Below are positions 1-11,455 of a stretch of DNA of 64,000 nt, piece by piece. The stretch spans positions 62,001-126,000 of the forward strand of contig JAKMXF010000338.1 of assembly GCA_024704765.1 (NCBI GenBank), written 5' to 3'. Position 1 is the stretch's first letter; each line of letters starts with the position of its first letter. The DNA is from Oopsacas minuta. Taxonomy: Eukaryota > Animalia > Porifera. The notes under the pieces are model-generated. The model worked only from the letters and a program-made list of their open reading frames with translations, was not told the DNA's origin and ran no database searches. The position numbers and the translations under genes are program-made.

Positions 1-607
1 CAATGGTTGTCTGATAAAAATAGAAGTTACGAGATTCAAGTGATGACTACAATATAAATAACAATGATTGAGCACTGAAATTTGAAAATTGAGTAGCCAT
101 TTCGTATGTAAAGAAATTTTATGGGACAAAATAAAAGATATGAGCCATTGAGCTGACTCGATTGCGGGACTTGCGAACGCTAAGCGCCCACCTAACCCTT
201 CCTACGGGCGTCTCACCAGACCATACGTGGTCCAATAATTTCTACTCGGACATTCGGTCGTTCGGTTTCATTCACCATAAATAAATTATAAATCTAATCA
301 AACGTTAAGTATAGTTTGGAGCAGACTTAATTAACTTTTGATCATTCAGTCTCGTTGTATACGTAAATCCATCGGGTTGAGTCTATCACGAAACACCTTT
401 TGTGGTGATAAGCTTTGGGAAACCTCGAGATCGAGTAGAAAAGCAAACGCCAAATTTTATGTATCATGCAACCACAACATTAGTTCTGTTTGCACAATAG
501 ATTTCAAGATTTAAGTACAATGACCTTCATTATGGGTTCTAATTGAATATTTAGTAAATAAACAATACCAAATATCTGAGGTGGTCTTAAACATTTTACC
601 TCGACTG
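1..607. mobile_element. End of a probable Tc1-type element running off the window edge
   Basis: 578-607 reads CAGTCGAGGTAAAATGTTTAAGACCACCTC on the minus strand (CAGT-type terminus) and is followed by TA at 608-609; no partner TIR or transposase recognised in the window. Confidence 0.35.
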
Positions 608-684
608 TAGTTTGCAGACTCGCCAGTCGGCACAGAAAAAACCCCATAAAGGCAATCATTTTAGTACTGGGCCTACTATGAGTA

Positions 685-982
685 CATAGGCGTATCCAGC
701 GTGGTGCTCAGGGTGCTCAAGCACCCCTAAGCTTAGCGATTAATGAATAGCAAACGAGCTTTGCCTAGTTGTACTGCGCGGCTTATAACAGTTTGGGTCC
801 TCTCCATGTGCCCCTTGGGGCACCTCTTATAATTTACCTTAGCCCCCTCATGATAATCCTCGAAACGCTACCGAAGTATTCGATCAGCAGTGACGGATTT
901 AGGATTTTGTTAAGGGTTTCATTTAGCCCGCCTGGAAAGGGGTTTTCAATTGAAACCTCTTTACCCTCTGGATCGGCCACTG
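685..982. mobile_element. Short hAT-like terminal fragments
   Basis: CATAGGCGTATCCAGC...GGGTGCTCAAGCACCC at 685; 888-982 bounded by imperfect inverted repeats CAGTGACGGATTTAG / CAGTGGCCGATCCAG resembling the TIR of the hAT at 54188; no TSD match. Confidence 0.3.
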
Positions 983-1036
983 CCCAGTATACACTCAATG
1001 GTTTTGAGAAGCTTACCTATATACGCTGTTGGTTAA

Positions 1037-1882
1037 AATTGACCCCAACCATTATCGTATTGACGAAGTGGGGTCAGAATTGACCCCAACCATAATCGTA
1101 TTGACGAAGTGGGGTCAGAATTGACCCCAACCATTATCGTATTGACGAAGTGGGGTCAGAATTGACCCCAACCATTATCGTATTGACGAAGTGGGGTCAG
1201 AATTGACCCCAACCATTGTCATATTGACGAAGTGGGGTCAGAATTGACCCCAACTATTAAGTGGGGTCAGAATTGACCCCAACCATTGTCATATTGACGA
1301 AGTGGGGTCAGAATTGACCCCAACTATTATCGTATTGACGAAGTGGGATCAGAATTGACCCCAACCATTGTCATATTGACGAAGTGGGGTCAGAATTGAC
1401 CCCAACTATAATCGTATTGACGAAGTGGGGTCAGAATTGACCCCAAACAATGTCATATTGACGAAGTGGGGTCAGAATTGACCCCAACTATTATCGTATT
1501 GACGAAGTGGGGTCAGAATTGACCCCAACCATTATCGTATTGACGAAGTGGGGTCAGAATTGACCCCAACTATTATCGTATTGACGAAGTGGGGTCAGAA
1601 TTGACCCCAACCATTATCGTATTGACGAAGTGGGGTCAGAATTGACCCCAACCATAATCGTATTGACGAAGTGGGGTCAGAATTGACCCCAACCATTATC
1701 GTATTGACGAAGTGGGGTCAGAATTGACCCCAACCATTATCGTATTGACGAAGTGGGGTCAGAATTGACCCCAACCTTTATCGTATTGACGAAGTGGGGT
1801 CAGAACTGACCCCAACCATTGTCATATTGACGAAGTGGGGTCAGAATTGACCCAAAATTTAATGGGGTCATTATTGACCCCA
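1037..1882. repeat. 41-bp palindromic minisatellite (19 full units, one 29-bp unit, one terminal partial)
   Basis: Unit AATTGACCCCAACCATTATCGTATTGACGAAGTGGGGTCAG; starts at 1037, 1078, 1119 ... 1804, 1845; short unit 1242-1270; internal inverted repeat TGACCCCA/TGGGGTCA. Confidence 0.97.
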
Positions 1883-1886
1883 CATA

Positions 1887-2483
1887 GTCTACCGAAAGTT
1901 AAGCATTTCATGGCACCATTTCACTCGATTCTGCTCCTGCTCAGGATGAAGCTGATGTGGGATCCAACGGGCGCCAAGTTTACGTAGCTGAAGGGATTGG
2001 ATTAAAGCGATGTGCACTGCCCCGGATGAAATGCAAATTTCGTGCTGAATCATCTCATATGTAGCATTTAGGTCTGCTATCACCATGTTCCCAAATGCCT
2101 CAACAATTCACCCTGTAACAGCCTATGGGGTGTTCTAGGGCGGGGTCGGTCTTCAAGACGAAAATTCCCACACATACATTCTGTCTACCACTTTTTCACT
2201 TTTACCGCAGATGCCTTGTTTTTGGAAAAGCTGTACAGAAATTTTCGTGAAATTCTTTTATTGCGTTCAAAAGTTGGAACTGAAAAAGTATTGTCGCACG
2301 AATATAGACACTGGTACGTTATCAATAGCATTTTGTATCACTCTTCATTACCATGGGCCAATGAAGTTCCCATAGAATAGGAGAAGTATAATGAATCTTT
2401 TGACAATCATGATCAAAAGAGTAGAAGCATTTTGAATTTGGTAAAATTATAGAATGTTACACCTCTAACTTTCTTCAAGACGG
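1887..2483 (-). mobile_element. mariner element, 5' half (truncated at the minisatellite)
   Basis: Terminus CCGTCTTGAAGAAAGTTAGAGG at 2483 next to TA; degenerate VKKW...RLEDRPRP and LRKLGARWIPHQLHPEQEQNRVKWCHEML (mariner HTH and WVPHEL-type linker; ORF 1889-2086). Confidence 0.85.
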
Positions 2484-2820
2484 TAGAAATCGCAATATGA
2501 GCCATTATAGAGCCTGTTGTGAGATGAAGATTGAGCTAGAGATTTCTATAATCGGTCAAGAAACAAAATGTTATAGCAATTCTAGCTTATAAGCCAAAGT
2601 CTATGAGGAAAAATTGCAACTTCATTGAAGCCAAATATATTACAATAATAGTGTTGCAAATAGCATAGTAGTATGCAGACAATGAACAATATACCTAATT
2701 AGCATTCCAATGTCTAAGTAATTTGTGTTACGTATTAATCAATCTCTTAAATCTCCAAGTAAATACATATATTTAGTAAACATACAATCTGCAATGATAG
2801 ATTATTTTTAATTATAACTA

Positions 2821-4001
2821 CAGGGTGTTTCACAATTGATGTCGTGTTATACAATATTACATAACTAATAGAATACTAGATATATTACTACAATTATTTG
2901 CCAATATATCCACTACTAAGTTCAATACACTTATGGATTCGTTTTGGTATTCCATCCATCAATTTATCCAAAACCTCTGGTGAAATATTGGATCATGCTG
3001 TTTTCAGTAGATTTTCCAACATTTTTATGTCTTTTATCTCACCTATTGAATCTAGATCATCTTTCAAAATCGACCATATGTTCTCAATGGGACTCAAGTC
3101 TGGAGAGTTGGCTGGCGAGGTACCTTTCGCCCAAAAACTCTTTAGGTTACTTCTCAACCAATTTTGTGTCATGTTTGCCGTGTGAGCTGGAGCGCCATCT
3201 TGTTGAAATATCGCACGGGACATATTTTTTAACATTTTCCTCTCAACAACTGTGCCTCTTTCTCGCTTTCTGTTCATTGTAGACATTAAAGTTTTACCCA
3301 GTATCTCACTAACATAGTACTCTGCAGATACAGTTTGTCCAACGAGAATGAAATGTAACTCCGACAGTGCACGATGTGACATCATACCCCATACTTGAAT
3401 TTTCTTTGGAAATTTCACCATCTGAACTGGCTCGACATCCAATGCGTTTCTCGCCCAAACACAATCATTTTCCTGTTTGGGGGATGATTTAACTCAAACG
3501 GTGATTCATCTGTAAATAATATGTTTTCCAATCATTTGCTGTCCAATTGACACGTTCTTTACAAAATTTTAACCTAGCAGCCATGTTTTTCTCTGTTATC
3601 AACGGCTGCCGCGGGCGTTTGTAAGATTTTTTACGGCCACGTCCCCCTTTGTTTTCTATTGTCAAATCATTCTTGAAAAGTCGCCACCAACGCTGAACTG
3701 TACGGATATTAACTCCAAGTTTAAGAGACACAAACTTCTGAGAAGAGCCAGCTTGTAGCATGCCAACAGCCTGTGAGCGAATCATGATACTGTATTCTTT
3801 CACCATTATACTATGCAAATAAATAGCCCAATTTGGATATGGAAATAGAAGCTATAAAATGTTTCGATTGATGAATGAAATAATTACTTAATAGAACCCT
3901 GTAAGATTAATTACGATTGCAAGTTTAAATACACAGATATTATTGTATGGGCGCATAATAAACAAATTTAGAAATTACGATATCAATTGTGAAACACCCT
4001 G
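2821..4001 (-). mobile_element. Tc1-like element with DD37E spacing, full length, pseudogenised
   Basis: TIRs CAGGGTGTTTCACAATTGAT at both ends; TA on left, CA on right; ORFs 3489-3818 (HTH) and 2993-3442 with FQQDGAPAH...NSPDLSPIENIW (37 residues between D and E). Confidence 0.92.
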
Positions 4002-6756
4002 CATAGAATGGAAATATAAGTATTTTTTTGAATATATTTAAAATGCTTCATTTTACCAACAAATCTATGCAAATTTCTTATAGATTTTCGCCTGTCATTT
4101 CAGCCAACACTTGTTGACATTTACCAACAAAAGGTTCCATATTGTGTGATATACTGCAAGTAATGGCATTCTACTCGCTATCAACTGAACAAATTTGGAA
4201 CAATATGAAATAATAACTGTATAATATTGTCATACAAACTACTTTTAAATGGTATTAGCTTATGGCATGTTCCAATACTTGAACAACTAAAATTATTTTG
4301 ATTCTCACGTAAATATCTAGCAACTATGAAAAACTAGTAATTAGCATGCAAGAGATTGTATCTAAGTAACAGTATATTGGTTTCATATTTCTATTTTCAA
4401 GTTGCTAATTGGATTGTCACCATATTTCTTTCTCTAGCAATATTCAGCGAAGTATGTATCCAGGAGCTCGGGGTTTGGTGGCCATGGATTTTCTCATCTT
4501 TTTCTTGGCTTGACCCCAAATGCTTTCTATTGTTTGTGTGTGAATCTCTGTTCCAGGGACCACAAATTGGATACTGTGAGTAACAGTCAAATGGGTGAAA
4601 GTAGCTGGTAGAATAACATTGTATGAAGCCCATTCATCGCATAGAACAGGGGTTCTTGATCATTTTGAAGTGACGGGCCCCTATGAAGATCTGGTGAAAG
4701 CTATGGACTCCTCTCCAGAAACTGACAAAACTAAATAATGCGTTAAGTTGGCACAATTTTATTATTCACTCGCATGATAAATCTGATGAAAACTATGGTG
4801 TTTTGAATTATTAGTTATTTAGTATATTAGTAAATGTGTATAATTCAGAATTAGTATGTTATGATAATCGCGAGAAAAAAATATTCCTTATTTAAATAGA
4901 ATGCAAAGTTTGCAAAGTAGATGAAACTTCTTTTCTGCTGGAAGTGACAGAGCTTTTCAGTGTGAAGACTGTTGTTGTTTTGCTTCAATAAGGAGATGAA
5001 ATACTGGGATGATATTTGATAAAACAATACACATGTCATGTTGGACATCCAATCGATTTCTATTTTTTGTTTTAATGTTAAAAAGTCCTGAAAATCCTGA
5101 CTCACAAAGGTAAATGGTTGCGAACGGTATCAAAGCTTTCATAGCTCGTTTAGCGAGACGAGGGTAGGCTTGTGTCAATGAACACCAAAACTCTTCCAGA
5201 CTCTTCGAATTGAATTCACAATGTAACATTTCCTTTGTTTTTAAGTCAATAATATCATCTTTGGCAAGGCCTGAATCATCAATTGAGTTAACATCAGTAG
5301 AAAAGGGATAACGAAACAATGTTTCAACTTTTAGATCACCTGAAAAGAAATAACCTGTAAATGAATTCTGTAGTGTATCCAGGTGTTCGCACATTTCATT
5401 CCGAAGAGAGGCTGAGAGGGGTTTGTTTCTCTCGACTCCATCATGCTGAAGCACTTCCTCCAGCATTGAAAAGTTCGCATAGTTGCCTACCTCGAGTCTC
5501 GTCTTCCATAAGCCCAACTTTCCCAGCAAAGCTTGTAGCCTTTCAGCAGCATCCACAATGTAGATTTCGGGTACTTGGATTAAAAGATTTACCTCATTCA
5601 TATGGCCAAATATGTCTGCTATATAAGCCAAGCCATGAATGAATTCCACGCTGTTAAAATGTTCTAAGAGTGGGCTCTCTTTTTCTTTCAGAAAGAACAA
5701 AACTTATGTCCTAAGTGCCATCAAACTCTTCAAGATTTTTCCTCTGGTAAGCCAGTGAACTTCTGTGTGATAGAAAAGTATTTCATATTCTGATCCTATT
5801 TCTTGACAAAGCTCCTTGAATATACGATGATTTAGGGCGCTGGTTCTGATGAAGTTGATGACTTTCACCACGGTAGACAAAACCTCTTTGAGAAATATTG
5901 GAAGAGTTTTTGATGCCATTGCATGTAGATGTATGAAACAGTGAGTCACAGTTACATTGGGAACTTCTTTCTTCACCAAATAAGCAAAACCAGATTTACT
6001 GCCAAGCATCGCAGGTGCTCCATCTCTACACAGACTACCAAACTTTTTCTTCCAATCAAAGTTTTGCATAGCAAAGAAGCTTTGGACTTTTTCAAAAATC
6101 TCGGTGGCCTTTGTAGTTTGCATAAGTGGTCACAAAAAGGACCTCATCTTTAATGGCTTCGACTTGCGCATAGCGGACGAAAACAAGTAGCTGGCTACAC
6201 TGAGTGTTGTCTGTAGTTTCATCAAGTTGCATACTGAAAGAAAATGGTGTGACTGCTAGTTCCTTAATGATTTGTTTCAAAATATTTAAGGAAATATCAA
6301 CTTTTCGGAAATGTATGACATCATTTGACAAAGGCACTGCTTCTATTTTATTCCTTTGCTCCAATCCACAAATAAGTTCGAACGTGTTCAGAGCACATGA
6401 GTTTAGTAAAGTTTCACAAATCGAATGAGGTTTCTTTGCTTGGCGATGCGATAAGCAACTTTATAAGATGCTTCGAGGCAAGGCTTCTGTGTTGAACAAA
6501 ATGCAAGTTTTGTAAAATCCCAGTCTTCTCAAATCTTGCTTTCTTGCACGAAAACTATCCACATCGTAAGTTGCATAATCAGGATGTACAGCTGTGGGTG
6601 CTCCCTAAATTTAGCAGGCTTCAAACTTCCATTTGCAAGAACGATGCCACACGAAACACACTGAGGCTCTTGTGTCCCATCACGTTCGGTAATGTAAGTA
6701 AAACCAAACGATACATAGGATTCATCGTACTTCCTATTCTTCGACATAATGAACTA

Positions 6757-8109
6757 CAGTGCCTGTCAAAAAGAATTGCTCAAAATGAATGTATACAGTA
6801 TAGTAAATGTCAAATTGTATACACTGACCAGATAGTTGAATTCTTGCGAAACCATACTCAGCAGTATGTATTTTGACAAGTAACACACCAACACAGCTAA
6901 TCCATTCATTATATTTGCACAACTTACAGTTTTTATTTTGTATTCTTTTTTTCCAATTTATCTGTTTTTATCGAATTTTCAATGCCTTCTAAACCCCGAA
7001 TTTCCATTGAAAATCGAGCCAAGCTGATCCTACTTTCAGAAAGTGGCCATACTCAGAGGGAGGTAACTAAAATGGTTGGGTGTAGCGAAAAAAGTGTAGC
7101 CAAGATCCTTAAGAAACACAGGCTGACTGGCACGGTAAGAGACCTCGCTATTCCGGGTAGGCCTCGTGTCACAACCAAAAGGCAAGACAATTTATTGGTC
7201 AGAAAATGCAAAAAGGATCGATTTAAGACTGCAACTCAGATCAAAGCTGAAGTGTTATCAGAATATTCGATAAAACTTTCCACTTCAACAGTTCAGAGAA
7301 GGTTACGAGGGGCTGGACTGTTCGGACGAAACCGCGAAGGAAGCCCCGCCTTACTATCAAGCACAAAAGAGACCGACTTTCCTTCGCAAGATCGCACAAG
7401 AATTGGAATACTGAAGAATGGGCAAGAGTTGTGTTCAGTGACGAATCTAGGTTCCTTCTGTATACTAATGACGGGAGAGCCTACGTCAGGAGGATGAAAG
7501 GGGAGGAGTTCTCAGAGAGGTGTCTTCAAAAAACTTGCAAGTTTAGTGGAGGTGGCATCATGGTTTGGGGATGCTTTTGCTGGAGTGGCGTAGGACTCTT
7601 GTGGAAAGTATCTGGGAAACTCAAGACAAATTCCTACATTGATATATTGGAAAATGCACTAATCCCAAGCGTTGATTTGCATTCTCTACATTCTGACTGG
7701 ACCTTTCAGCAAGACAACGCCCCATGCCATAAGTCAAAGGGTACTAAGCAATGGTTTGGTGAGCAAAAAATAGAGGTTATGAATTGGCCTGCTCAGTCAC
7801 CTGATCCAAATCCGATTGAGAATCTCTGGGATCACATTTCCCTCAGAATTCAAGAGAAAAGCCCATCCAACCACTCAGAGTTATGGAATGCCATATTAAG
7901 CACTTGGGATAGCATCGACATTAACAGGCTACATACTCTAATTGAGAGTATGCCGCAAAGATGTAAAGCTGTAATTCAAGCAAGAGGAGGTACTACTAAA
8001 TACTAACAACAATTTACTTGATTATAATAAAGCATTATTGTTAAAATCAGTCATAGATATAAGAATTTGGGGTAAATTTATTCTGAGCAATTCTTTTTGA
8101 CCGGCACTG
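6757..8109 (+). mobile_element. Tc1 DD34E element nested in the Buster 5' region
   Basis: 26-bp TIRs CAGTGCC(T/G)GTCAAAAAGAATTGCTCA; TA TSD at 6755-56 and 8110-11; transposase 6982-8006. Confidence 0.96.
6982..8006 (+). pseudogene. Tc1 transposase, one frameshift from intact (about 341 aa)
   Basis: ORFs 6982-7497 and 7431-8006 join by adding one base near 7331 (LFGRKPRRKP); VFSDESRF, FQQDNAPCH, WPAQSPDPNPIENLW (DD34E). Confidence 0.9.
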
Positions 8110-8957
8110 TAGATGAACCATAATCTATATTATCTAATTTGCACGGTATGGACCTCCGATTAAGAAACCCTGGCATAGAATTATAGTACCGGTTTAATAT
8201 ATTATTCTATAATGGGAATCAATGTAGAAGCTGATCAATCTTCAACTGTAACCATGAAAGCTGCTTTGGTCACTCTATTAATCCTACCAAACACCCCTTT
8301 TCCAGATAGTTGCCTCCTCCATGGTACTTTCTTTTCCCAAACTTGCTTTCATCGATCTCAACGATGTACCTATGCCCTCCGATTTGTTCTGGATTAGAGA
8401 GATATATCTCCACACAGATATCCCTCAAGAAATTAATCTAATCCATGATGGTGTTTGGAGACCACTTAAGATTTAGGGTTAAAAAATATGTACTTTGTAG
8501 TCCTTCTGCCCAAAAATACAAAATTCCACCAACTGAGTAAGAAGAATATTCCATCCTCAAAGAATGATCCTTCTCGTAGGATGCAAATTTCTTATATCAC
8601 TAAAATCTCCCTTCGTGCACCCTAGAAAATACGCCTTCCGGCATGTTTGCCTCGCATTTACATCTCATATCTCTTGGTTATAATCCGTGAATCCTCAACC
8701 AATCGATACAATTGTCACGATTGATGGCTATCCTTAAGAATAATTCCTTCAATCTAATCTCATCGACGATCGGAAAAGATGTAGATATCATTACAGGTTT
8801 GTATAAGGGAGTAGCTATGAAATTATATTGTCTTCATGGTTTCACCCCTTCAGGTAATAGATCGATTCGGGAATGTTCTGTAGGAAAATAGGCATCCTAA
8901 CTCCTGTTTTTCCAACCAACCAGTAGCACTTATTTGCCCTAAGGAGACTATTGACAC

Positions 8958-11447
8958 TAGTGATATTGAACGAATATCATTTAAAATAATCGGTTTTCGA
9001 ATAGTTAATTCGCAAAGTAACTGATTAATCGGTTATAATCGGTTAAACGCAATTATCATTATATTCTGTCTTTAATTGCTAGTACTCTCCTATATTTTAA
9101 TTTATCAAATGAAATCAAATTAGATATAATAATGAGTGAATGGCTAATAATGAAGAAATCCTAAAATCTAATAATGTATTATTACTTTCTCTTGCTTCTT
9201 GAAATAAGACTTTAAGATCATTAAGCTATCAACCGAGTTTTCACTCAACCGTGATCTCAACTTCGTCACAAAAGTCCTGCTGCTGAGAAAGCACGTTCTG
9301 TCTCAATGCTTGTCGGAGGAATTGTATTCAGTACTCCCTCTATAGAAGAAATATTTTTGGATTTGTCTCCAGTGGCTTCAAATAAGGCCATTTCCTTTAT
9401 CAGAGATAGAAATCCAATATCTACTTTCGGGGTTCTTAAATGAGTTGTAGAATTTTGTATTGCTCTTTTAATTGGTCAGCGAGTAATATCGGTTAGCTAC
9501 CTATTTCAACGTCTTCAATGTCTTCCGAAGTCTCCTCAGAATTTAAATTACACTATCGAATTGTTCAGTTCCATGCTGTGAATACATTTGTGAAAGGATC
9601 ATTTTCATTGTCTTTTGCGCTTCTTTTCTTTTAATACACGGATCCTCGCTTATCGAATCAGGATTCAATAAATATTTCACAAGATTGATTAGATTAGATT
9701 GCCGCCTCTCGTCATATCTTTGTCTTAGGTTCTGCAATAATTGTAGGAGAACTCTGAACCAACCATTTCAAGTTTCTGGAACATAAAATAGAGTATCCCT
9801 TCTGCACTGAGTAAATTTGCGTCACGCTGGCATAGAGCAGATAGTCCCATTTCGACGTGTTTTAAACAACTGCAAATGTTTTCCAACACTTGCCAATTAA
9901 GTTCACAAACTTCCATGTTTAAATTGAAGTCGAACATTGCTCTGCATAGTGGTTTTCTTACAGTTAACAATCGATTCATCATACCAATTAAGCTATTCCA
10001 ACTAGTTTTGCAATCCATGACTAGATTTACAGCTTTTCGAAACCTTCCTTTATGTACGACTGAAGTACTTCATTTTTTCATAGGGACTTCCTAAATATAT
10101 GAACGATATTTTGAAACTTAACGATAACAGTTTCTATATTTATTTTCAAAGGCGGGATAGACATGTCTTCATCAATTTCACCATCATCTTCATGTGAGAA
10201 AATTGATTCACCCTCAGTATCTTCTGCACCACAACGGCCATCATTATATGAGTCAGAGATAGTCGACTGAATTTGAGATGTGCCAATTGGCTCTTCGTCC
10301 GTTCCTTCATCATAAATAGGAATCCTATTCTTGGAGTATAATACTGCAACTACTGCTAAATGTACCCCGTGAGCCAAACAAAGTTGCTGTTGAATACCAC
10401 TTGGTCTTCCCATCTTCATCATCACAGGGGTTCCATCACAGGTGATGCTAACAATATGCTTCTGCAGCTCAATATTGAATTCAATCAATATCCTTTCCAA
10501 AAGCTCAAGAACCTTCTCAGCTGGCATCTTTCCATAAATACACTTCATTCCAAGGTTCCAAAAGTTATTGATGCTATGTATATTGACATTCATATATCGT
10601 TTATTTTGGATAGAAGTATATTCGTCCAAGGACACGCTCATCCTTTTCCATTAGCAGGTAAAAACTGTAACTGAGAAGTGATTACTCCCTTAACATGATT
10701 TGCATAACTCCAAACCATTCTTGAAACTGTAGGATGGTCTGGAATTGGGGTGAAACCCTTTTCTTGTAACGAAGAACGGATAAATTTACTTTGGCTGATT
10801 TTTAGATAACTGAAACAATCCCCTGCAGCTAACCTAGCAATTACCTCATCCAAACTTTGTTTTTTGGAAAATAATGGTAACAAACTTTGAGTACTATGTT
10901 TCTTCGAAGGGGGTTCGTTGTCAGAAATGTGATTCAGGCACAATTGGATGTTATATGTCAAAAGATGATTTCTTAACCTAGTAGTTGTACTGCCTTTACA
11001 ACTTACATTCTTCTTACAAATAAGGCATTTGGCTTCTTCCCCATATTTCACAAAATGTTTCCACACCTCAGACCTTTTAGCGATAATATCGTACAGTATT
11101 GTAAGTATAGAAGTAACGATTTATAGAAAAGCTAGAAGATTCAAAATTATACAGTAAAAATACGTTTACAGATAATTATACAAATAAATATGCATATCGC
11201 CATATATCTATGAACTACTATATATAGCAATTAGGTCTCTAGCCGTTAAAACATTATTCAAGAATACATAGAATGACAATTGTGTGATTTTTTAATAGAA
11301 ATTCCAATAGAAATTTTATTGTGACTAAAACGTGAAATTGTGAAAATAACAGATTAATCGAAATAGAATAATCGGTTATCGTTAATAAGTAAAAATTCAA
11401 TAAATCGATTAAATAATCCAATATTTACTAATCGGTTACCATCACTA
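8958..11447 (-). mobile_element. hAT Ac/ZBED-type element, pseudogenised
   Basis: TAGTGAT termini at both ends; degenerate TSD ATTGACAC/ATTGACCT; repeated subterminal TAATCGGTT; BED finger WKHF...CLICKK...RLRNHL (10638-11066), SLDEYTS, TCDGTPVM, CLAHGVHL (10078-10641), KTSWNS (9725-10018), PPTSIETERAFS (about 9290-9330). Confidence 0.9.
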
Positions 11448-11455
11448 ATTGACCT

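Larger units (their letters stand above)
4647..8172 (-). mobile_element. hAT Buster-type element, complete ends, pseudogenised
   Basis: TIRs CAGGGGTTCTTGATC / CAGGGTTTCTTAATC (13/15); perfect 8-bp TSD GCATAGAA (4639-4646, 8173-8180; nnnTAnnn Buster pattern); ORF pieces 6529-6747 (MSKNRKYDESYVSFGF, BED-like), 6092-6364 (QLDETTD), 5704-6123 (RDGAPAM, HCFIH, EVHWL), 4957-5700 (YLCESGFS). Confidence 0.95.
4330..8957 (-). mobile_element. Merlin (IS1595/ISXO2-like DDE) transposon remnant, split by the Buster insertion
   Basis: Minus-strand translation not in the ORF track: TIMD*INFLRDIC...NPEQIGGHRYIVEIDESKFGKRKYHG (about 8330-8470), then IILC|DEWASYN...FTHLTVTHSIQFV...IHTQTIESIWGQAKKKMR across the Buster TSD (4646 downward). 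Confidence 0.85.

Noticed and set aside
769-1083. 104-aa ORF as a gene
   Set aside because: TTG start, crosses unrelated repeat fragments and runs into the minisatellite
1037-1882. CRISPR array
   Set aside because: The segments between palindromic stems are near-identical, not unique spacers; no cas genes; eukaryotic context
2490-4330. Merlin 3' TIR and TSD
   Set aside because: No convincing match to GGTCAATAGTCTCC found left of the Merlin C-terminus
5361-5642. Many short ORFs opposite transposases (also 10360, 43225, 55188, 55952)
   Set aside because: Antisense shadows without independent motifs
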